Positions 55,538-64,000 of a stretch of 64,000 bases of DNA are shown piece after piece. The notes below the pieces were generated by a model. That model was not told the origin of the DNA. It made no database searches and saw nothing but the letters and a program-made list of their open reading frames with translations. The number at the start of each line of letters is the position of its first letter. The first letter of the stretch is position 1. This DNA comes from Camelus dromedarius (Eukaryota): NCBI RefSeq assembly GCF_036321535.1, contig NC_087437.1, forward strand, positions 79,486,001 through 79,550,000, in the 5' to 3' direction. The translations under genes were made by a program, and so were the position numbers.

Positions 55538-58500
55538 ATGGCAATAAACACACATCTATCATTAATTACTGTAAATGTTAATGGACTAAATGCTCCAGTC
55601 AAAAGACACAGAGTGGCAGATTGGATAATAAAGCAAGAACCTTCAATATGCTGCATACAAGAGACCCACTTTAGGGAGAAGGACACATATAGATTGAGAG
55701 TGAAAGGATGGAAAAGGATATTCCACGCAAATGGAAAATCCAAAAAAGCAGGTGTTGCAGTACTGATTTCAGACAAAATAGACTTTAAAACAAAGGCCAT
55801 AAAGAAAGATAAAGAAGGACATTTTATAATGATTAAAGGAGTGATACAAGATGAGGATATTACACTCGTTAATATATATGCACCCAATATAGGAGCACCT
55901 AAGTACATACAAGAATTACTAACAGAGATAAAGGGGGATATTGATGGGAATACAATCATAGTTGGAGATTTTAACACTGCATTAACATCACTAGACAGAT
56001 CTTCCAGACAGAAAATAAACAAGGCAACAGAGAAATTAAATACTACAATAGAAAAACTAGATTTGGTGGATATTTTCAGAGCATTACACCCCCAAAAAAT
56101 AGGATATACATTCTTTTCAAGTGCACATGGAACATTTTCCAGGATCGATCATGTACTTGGGCAGAAAAGAAACCTCAACAATTTTAAGAAGATAGAAATT
56201 ATCTCAAGCATCTTTACTGAGCACAATGCCATGAAACTGGATATCAACAACAGAGAAACAAAGGAGAAAAAAAGGAAAGCATGGAGATTAAACAATATGT
56301 TATTGAAAAAACAATGGATCAATGAGGAAATCAAAGCTGAAATTAAAAAATACCTTGAGACAAATGAGAATGAAAGCACAACCACTCAAAACCTATGGGA
56401 CACAGCAAAGGCAGTGCTAAGAGGGAAGTTTATAGCGATACAGGCCTTCCTCAAAAAAAGAAGAACAATCTCAAATAAACAATTTAACCCACCACCTGAA
56501 TGAATTAGAAAAAGAAGAACAAAGAGCCCCAAAAAGCAGCAGAAGGAAGGAAATAATAAAGATCAGAGAGGAATTAAATACAATAGAGATTAACAAGACC
56601 ATAGAAAAAATCAACCAAACCAAAAGCTGGTTCTTTGAAAAAGTAAATAAAATCAACAAACCTCTGGCCAAACTCACAAAGAAGAAAAAAGAGAGAGCAC
56701 AAATTAGCAAAACAAGAAAGGAAAATGGAGAAATTACAACAAACAAAATAGAAATACAGAATATCATACGAGAATATTATGAAAAACTATATGGAACCAA
56801 ACTGGATAACCTAGAGGAGATGGACAAGTTTCTGGAAACATACTGTCCACCAAAACTGAATCAAGAAGAATCTGAACACTTGAACAATCCGATCACTAGA
56901 AAGGAAATAGAAATAGCAATTAAAAACCTCCCTACAAATAAAAGTCCAGGACCGGACGCTTCACCGGGGAATTCTACCAAACATACAAAGAAGAACTCAT
57001 ACCAGTCCTTCTCAAACTCTTCCAGACGATTGAAAAGGAGGGAATACTCCCAAACTCATTCTATGAAGCCACCATCACCCTGATACCAAAACCAGGCAAA
57101 GACACTACAAAAAAAGAGAATTATAGGCCAATATCACTGATGAACATAGACGCCAAAATCCTCACCAAAATTTTAGCAAATAGAATCCAACAACACATAA
57201 AAAAGATTATACATCATGACCAAGTGGGGTTCATCCCAGGGACACGAGGCTGGTTCAACATACGCAAATCAATCAGTGTAATACATCACATCAACAAGAG
57301 AAAGGACAAAAACCACATGATCATCTCAATCGATGCAGAAAAAGCATTTGATAAAATTCAACACCCATTTATGATAAAAACTCTCGCCAAAGTGGGTATA
57401 GAGGGAACATATCTCAACATAATAAAAGCTATATATGACAAACCTACAGCCAGCATAGTACTCAATGGTGAAAAGCTCAAAAGCTTCCCACTAAAATCTG
57501 GGACAAGACAAGGATGCCCAATATCACCACTCCTATTCAACATAGTCCTGGAAGTCCTAGCCACAGCAGTCAGGCAAGAGAAAGAAATAAAAGGGATCCA
57601 AATTGGAAAAGAAGAGGTAAAAGTGTCATTATATGCCGACGACATGTTACTATATATAGAAAACCCTAAAAGGTCCACACAAAAGCTACTAGAGCTGATT
57701 GAAGAATTCAGCAAGGTAGCAGGTTACAACATTAACCTTCAAAAATCAGTTGCATTTCTTTACACTAACGATAAATCAACAGAAGAAGAAAGTAAAGAAA
57801 CAATCCCCTTTAAAATAGCACCCAAAGTAATAAAATATCTGGGAATAAATCTAACCAAGGAGGTGAAAGAATTATACACAGAAAACTATAAACCACTGAT
57901 GAAGGAAATTAAAGAAGACTTTAAAAAATGGAAAGATATTCCATGCTCTTGGATTGAAAGAATCAATATTGTTAAAATGGTCACACTGCCCAAGGCAATC
58001 TACAGATTTAATGCAATCCCTATCCAGTTACCCAGGACATATTTCACAGAACTAGAACAAATCATAATAAAATTCATATGGAACCATCAAAGACCTAGAG
58101 TTGCCAAAGCTTTACTGAAGAGAAAGAAAGAGGCTGGAGGAATAACTCTCCCAGACTTCAGACAATACTATAGAGCTACAGTCATCAAGACAGCATGGTA
58201 TTGGTACCAAAACAGACATATAGACCAATGGAACAGAATAGAGAGCCCAGAAATGAACCCACAAACTTTTGGTCAACTCATCTTCGACAAAGGAGGCAAG
58301 AATATACATTGGAATAAAGACAGTCTCTTCAGCAAATGGTGTTGGGAAAACTGGACAGCAGCATGTAAAACAATGAAGCTAGAACACTCCCTTACACCAT
58401 ATACAAAAATCAACTCAAAATGGATTAAAGACTTAAACATAAGACAAGATACAATAAACCTCCTAGAGGAAAACATAGGCAAAACATTATCTGACATACA

Positions 58501-59335
58501 TTTCAAAAATTTTCTCCTAGAAGAAATAAAAGCAAGTATAAACAAATGGGACCTAATGAAACTTACAAGCTTCTGCACAGCAAAGGAAACCAGAAGTAAA
58601 ACAAGAAGAAAACCTACGGAATGGGAGAAAATTTTTGCAAGTGAAACTGACAAAGCCTTGATCTCCAGAATATATAAGCAGCTCATATGACTCAATAAGA
58701 AAAAAATAAACAACCCAATCGAAAAATGGGCAGAAGACCTAAACAAGCAATTCTCCAAGGAAGACATACAAATGAGCAAAAAGCACATGAAAAAATGCTC
58801 AATATCACTAGTTATCAGAGAAATGCAAATCAAAACTACAATGAGGTATCACCTCACACCAGTCAGAATGGCCGTCATTCAAAAATCCACAAACAACAAA
58901 TGCTGGAGAGGCTGTGGAGAAAGGGGAACCCTCTTACACTGCTGGTGGGAATGCAGTTTGGTGCACCCACTATGGAAAACAGTGTGGAGATTCCTCAAAA
59001 GACTAGGAATAGACTTATCATATGACCCAGGAATCCCACTCCTGGGCCTGTATCCAGAAGGAAATCTACTTCAGGATGACACCTGCACCCCAATGTTCAT
59101 AGCAGCACTATTTACAATAGTCAAAACATGGAAACAGCCTAAATGGCCATCAACAGGTGACTGGATAAAGAAGAGGTGGTATATTTATACAATGGAATAC
59201 TACTCAGCCATAAAAAGCGACCTCATAATGCCATTTGCAGCAACATGGATGCTCTTGGAGAATGTCATTCTAAGTGAAGTAAGCCAGAAAGAGAAAGAAA
59301 AATACCATATGAGATTGCTCATATGTGGAATCTAA
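55538..59335 (+). pseudogene. L1 ORF2p, near intact (about three lesions)
   Basis: 3798-nt span with net frame preserved: +1 in the A7 run at 56453-56459, -1 near 56957, TGA at 58688-58690. EN, RT and CCHC motifs present. Confidence 0.96.
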
Positions 59336-59570
59336 AAAACAAAAACAAAAACAAACAAACAAACAAAAACAAAGCATAAATACAGGACAGAAATAGACTC
59401 ACAGAGAATACAGACTTGTGGTTACCAGGGGGGTGGAGGGTGGGAAGGGATAGACGGGATTTCAAAATTGTAGAATAGATAAACAAGATTACACTGTATA
59501 GCACAGGGAAATATACACAAAATGTTATGATAACTCACAGAGAAAAAAATGTGACAATGAGTGTGTATAC

Positions 59571-62500
59571 GTCCATGAATGACTGAAAAATTGTGCTGAA
59601 CACTGGAATTTGACACAACATTGTAAAATGATTATAAATCAATAAAAAATGTTAAAAAAATATTAACAACAATAACATCAGTGTGGACCATATTACCTGC
59701 CAAAGAATGACAGAAAAATTAGATTTGAAAGAATCACGTGCACGCACTGAGCGCCGGGCCCATACAGGACTTGAATGTGCTTGCTCACATCTTTCATTCC
59801 AGTCCACGCTGGTCCAGGTGCATAGACTCAGGGAGGTGGAATTTTGAGCTATTTGATGTTTTGTTTGTGATCATTTGGGGATCTAGGCAGAAACGGCAGA
59901 CAAGTGATAAATATCTACATCTCCTCTAGGGCAGTGCTTCTCATAATCTAATGTGCAAAAGAAAAATCACCTGAGTATTTTGGTAAAATGCAGATTCAGA
60001 GTGAGCAGATCTGGAACACAGCCTAAGATTAGGCATTTTTTAAAAAACTCTTGGGGGATGTTGATACTCCTGGTCCACAAGGAGTTACAAAGCTCTAAGA
60101 AATGCTTGTAATTTTGTCCACGCTTCTAGCAGTTGGAGAGGCAGATTAAAAAGAAAATGCAGGAGATACACAATTAACCTGCTGAAATGTTTCTGTGACT
60201 CACTGTGTAGATCAAATTGTATTTTCCATAACAAATTTTCATATTTTTTTCTTTTTAAAGATGTAGATAGCACATGTACTAATTCTGTGATTTCATTACA
60301 GACTAATTTCAGGACGTGGGTGAGAAGATATTCCCTGCCTATTTAGTTTTTAATCACTCTCTCAGATGAAACATCTCAAAGGGCTCTACCATCACACACT
60401 CGGAGGCTCTCAAAACAGACTGAACACTAGCTTCTCTGGAAGGAAGGAACATCAAGTAAAATTTAAGGATAAAAAAACTTAAGAGTCAGAACAGGAAAAA
60501 CAGATAATAATGTGTTCTATTACTTTTTCATAGACTGGGTCAGCGGCATGGAATTTCATGTAAGAAGACCCAGTAGGTACTTTCTGGAGGAACAAAGGTG
60601 TTCTTGTTGGCTACTGGATGGGTTTCTAGAAAAATGCCTTTAAACTATCTTTAACTGAAGATCAATATAAAGAGAAGAATCTTGCTGTTGAGCTCTGTGA
60701 GGAGTTTTGTTGTTGAGCAAACTGAGGATTCTTTTAATTTCCAGAGAATTAAGAAATAGATATCACATAATGATTGAGGATGCATCGAAGTTATATTTGC
60801 TCACAATTGTACCACATATAGCTGTGTAATGTAGAGACTAGACATAATTCAACAATTTCTTACCTGGATTATAAATACTTTATAACAATAAAAATACATA
60901 TATATGAATATATAAAATTCTGAAGCAAAGTTAGTCAAAACTGAGGCTTGGCCTTCCAAACAAAAGTCAATGCTTCTTTAGAACTGACCTCAAAATTCGA
61001 TAATTGCTCCATATTTAAACATATTTTAGTATCTTATATTTAATATGAATATTCTGAAGGCACTGGGGAATCTACAAGGGTGAGAGATAGAATTCTGTTC
61101 CTTGCTGAATAAAGAGCATTGGTGGCACTTTGTTAAGAGATGTAAACAGGACATTATTTGAGGCAGTACACGTAAAGGCAAAATACATCTCAGCTTTCAT
61201 TTCAGAATGACCATTCTCTATAAACACAACAGATCTGAGAAGCATTTTCTGAATTTCATCAGTGCCTAAAATGAAACCTCAGAAAGCAGAGAATGAGTAA
61301 GGTAACTCAGGCACCTTCTGATTTCAGATGAGGTCACTTAGTACATTATCTAAACGTATTAGATTTTTCTTTTAAAATGTATTGCAAAATCTAAAGTTTA
61401 AAGTCTTTTTTATGTTTTATTTATAATAAAGATCGAAAAGTTATCAGTTGCAACGAAAAGAAATTCAGTGTTTGGATTAAACAAAATGTGCCATTTCTGG
61501 AAAAATTGCCGTTTTCTTTTTTTTTTTTTTTTTTTTGCTTCGTACATCTGTGGTTTTGTAAAATAAAAACTAGTTATCATGGCAACTGGAGAATCACATG
61601 CACCATCTCAGAGCTAAAATACTCCTTGTTTGAGAAATATTGTGTTCACTATTTGAATATGTATAATACTACATTCAGAAGAGAGAATATTTTATAGGTG
61701 CCATATCATGAAACTGTTCGGTATAGTTTAACTCTTTCCCAGTAAGTAACTTATTGTTATTTAAGCAATATATTTAATAGTAGCAATCCTATATAACAAA
61801 CATAAATGAAAGGAGATTAAAAACTTAACATTCTAGATAAATTGGATGACAACAGAAGGGTTCTTCCTTTCAATAAGGAACATAATTAATTTTCCTAAAT
61901 ATATTTAAATTATATAAAGATACTAAAGGACAATTATAAACTAAACAACAACAAAACATCTCCAACATATACCACAAGATTGCTACTCATTTCACTATCA
62001 TTCAAGATGTTTTATGTGGCCATCTAAATCACTTTAAACATAAAGAAGACAGTTATGGATTCAACCTAACTAAATTTATAGGAGGGATAGAGTTACTCTG
62101 GTACTAGGGATGACTGAACCATGGTCCAGAATGCCAAGAGACTCCTATTAATTTTTGTTTATCTTTTTGAATTATCTTTATTCTCTCCTACTTCCTGCCT
62201 TGGTTGACAAAGCAGGGTACACCCTCCACAACAGCCATGTCTTTTTATATTTTTATTTTTATGTTTTTGCTTACAATAAAACATCTTATTTACAGTTGCA
62301 GATGATCCCCGTGGACCAAGTGGTCCACCTACACTTTGCGGACCCATCCCAAGTTCAGAGCAACCTACCAGCTGCTTGCTCTCCCTCCAACTCCAATAGG
62401 GTGAGCACGCTGTCCTGGCGCAAAGGGTCTTCATGCTTCATGCTTAGGATGATGGAGCTGCTTGTGCCCCCCGTGAATTCCACGTGCACCTGCCTGGCAC

Positions 62501-64000
62501 CTACAACATGCCTGCCCAGAGCCTGACCTGCTCTGCACAGTGGTGAGCAGCTTGACTGGCTGCACAAAGTTCTGTGCATGATGTCAGCACCCTGGAGGTC
62601 AAGTGGAGTGACGCTCTATCTTCAAACTAGAAATTCCCTTTCTGAGGGAGGAATAACCCTTTCACAATCCTTCCAGAAACATCCCGAGTATGGTACTCTA
62701 TTCTCATTTAGCCATGATAAAAAGACTGGGAAATGGAAATGAAGAATGGAACGGCCATGACACCTAGGGGAATTGTAATCTGATGGGTAGCTTTGATGGT
62801 GAGCCCTGTATATTCTTTAATTAACCAGAAACTAAACACTGAGTTTTTCTCTGAATTAAGCAATTCCCATTGTACAAGAATATTGCTTACATTGCTCATA
62901 TTCGTTAAAGCTTGTGTATCTTTCATGCAGATTTTCTTCCTTTGCCAGAAAAGATGCGTCCCCCTGCCTCTCAACAGTAGTGTGCCTGCCTCCATCATCG
63001 TTCTATAGGTTTTCCTTACCATGTCTGAGGAGTGACTTACAATTTCAAAATTTCAAAGTAAATGAATAGCGGGACGCTTTGCCAAATAATTGGGTGTGTC
63101 TTGCTAAAAGAACATTATAAGAATATTGACAGCCAGGAAGTATATCTCAAAGGTTTTTTCTTCTCATCCCCTGATCTAAATATAAATCACCAAGGACTGT
63201 AAGTATCTGAATTGGAGAGAAGAAAAGAAAATCAGCGTTTGTTGCTTATATAAGTGGAGACTTTTTTCATCATCTTTTCCTCTTCTGCTTCGTTTTCATT
63301 TGTCTTTGTTTCTGTCTCTGTTTTGGGTGGTATACACCAAACAAAATCCAGGGGAAATAAATCCATAAGCAAGGACTTCAACTCAAGACATACTTAGGAG
63401 CTTTAACCCAGACAAGTTAAATGACACCAAATAATATTGCTAAATAAGTAACAGTTATAATTAAAATAACTATATTAAAAGCTCTTTCTCACATAGTCTA
63501 TATAATTGTACAAATTTAAAGAGCTTTAACCAGACCAAGTGTCTTCATGTGTGAACTTTACTTATACCATGTCAAATAATTAGGAATATAAATATTTATA
63601 AATCCTGTTCACTTGACAGGACGTTAGCAACATCGTCAACATGGCCGTGATCAGCACCGTAATTTATATGTACTGAGTGATTATGCTCCAGAGGCCATGC
63701 CAAGCACTTTCCATGTATTATTTAATCTGCACCAAACTCCACAAGGGTAGTTACTGTGATTGCCCATATTTCCCAGTGAAGGAACTACTGAAGCTGTTAG
63801 ATAAACTGCGTTAGAACTCAGATGATACCTGCATGTCTAAGTCAAGCAAAATTATCCTGAGTGGTATCTGTCTTTGAAAGGTGGAAAGGAATTTGAGATA
63901 ATATAAAAATGAATTTGATAGTTACTAAGTGGTAGAAGGGGATGAATTCCAAGTAGATCCATAACCAGTGTGAATATAGTACAATATACAATTGCTTAAT
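59571..64000 (+). repeat. Segmental duplication, copy 2 (runs off the window end)
   Basis: Near-identical to 10572-15001, including L1-A's TSD sequence at 59658-59671, the MER5-like element, the RPS28 pseudogene and the MIR. Confidence 0.97.
62241..62614 (-). pseudogene. RPS28: 40S ribosomal protein S28 processed pseudogene, copy 2
   Basis: ORF 62355..62579 (74 aa) ends QVHVEFTGGTSSSIILSMKHEDPLRQDSVLTLLELEGEQAAGRLL, homologous to the RPS28 C-terminal half. The N-terminal half is out of frame relative to RPS28. Confidence 0.88.

Larger units (their letters stand above)
52565..59657 (+). mobile_element. Full-length young LINE-1 (L1-B), no matching TSD
   Basis: Same family as L1-A over its full length; YADD at 57632-57643; intact CWRGC...HCWWEC knuckle; AATAAA at 59641-59646. 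The 5' flank (aaaaactaaaaaaaaaa) does not recur at the 3' end. Confidence 0.97.

Noticed and set aside
3028..59657. Idea that L1-B is simply a duplicated copy of L1-A
   Set aside because: The 5' flanks are unrelated and the L1 bodies are several-fold more diverged than the shared 3' flank.
1..64000. CRISPR arrays, tRNA/rRNA genes, prokaryotic operons or RT-based defence systems
   Set aside because: The sequence is mammalian; the only reverse transcriptases are L1 ORF2, and no spaced direct-repeat array or structured RNA gene was seen.

Overview
AT-rich, repeat-dense mammalian DNA with no recognisable intact host protein-coding gene. The young L1 3' UTRs and the L1_Art-type fragments suggest a cetartiodactyl, probably a camelid (inference from recall, not a database search). 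The window holds two full-length, same-strand young LINE-1 elements: L1-A (3028-10658) and L1-B (52565-59657). Both have ORF1 and ORF2 (EN, RT with YADD, C-terminal region), and both are disrupted. The main observation is structural. L1-A has a proper 14-bp target-site duplication (TSD). L1-B has its own 5' flank but is followed by L1-A's 3' TSD and at least 4.3 kb of L1-A's downstream flank (about 99.5% identical by eye, offset about 49.0 kb, running off the window end). This is the signature of a ~49-kb tandem duplication made by L1-L1 unequal crossover, or of a haplotype mis-join in the assembly; the switch point appears to lie in the last ~90 bp of the L1. L1-A also has a doubled 3' end, and the two L1s share two ORF2-inactivating lesions. 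The duplicated flank contains an RPS28 processed pseudogene that is stop-interrupted in one copy and open in the other. The rest is ancient MIR, L2, L1M, MaLR and MER5-type repeats, one strong orphan exon candidate and two candidate regulatory blocks. I found no evidence of a new protein-coding system. Repeat subfamily names and boundaries are by eye and approximate.
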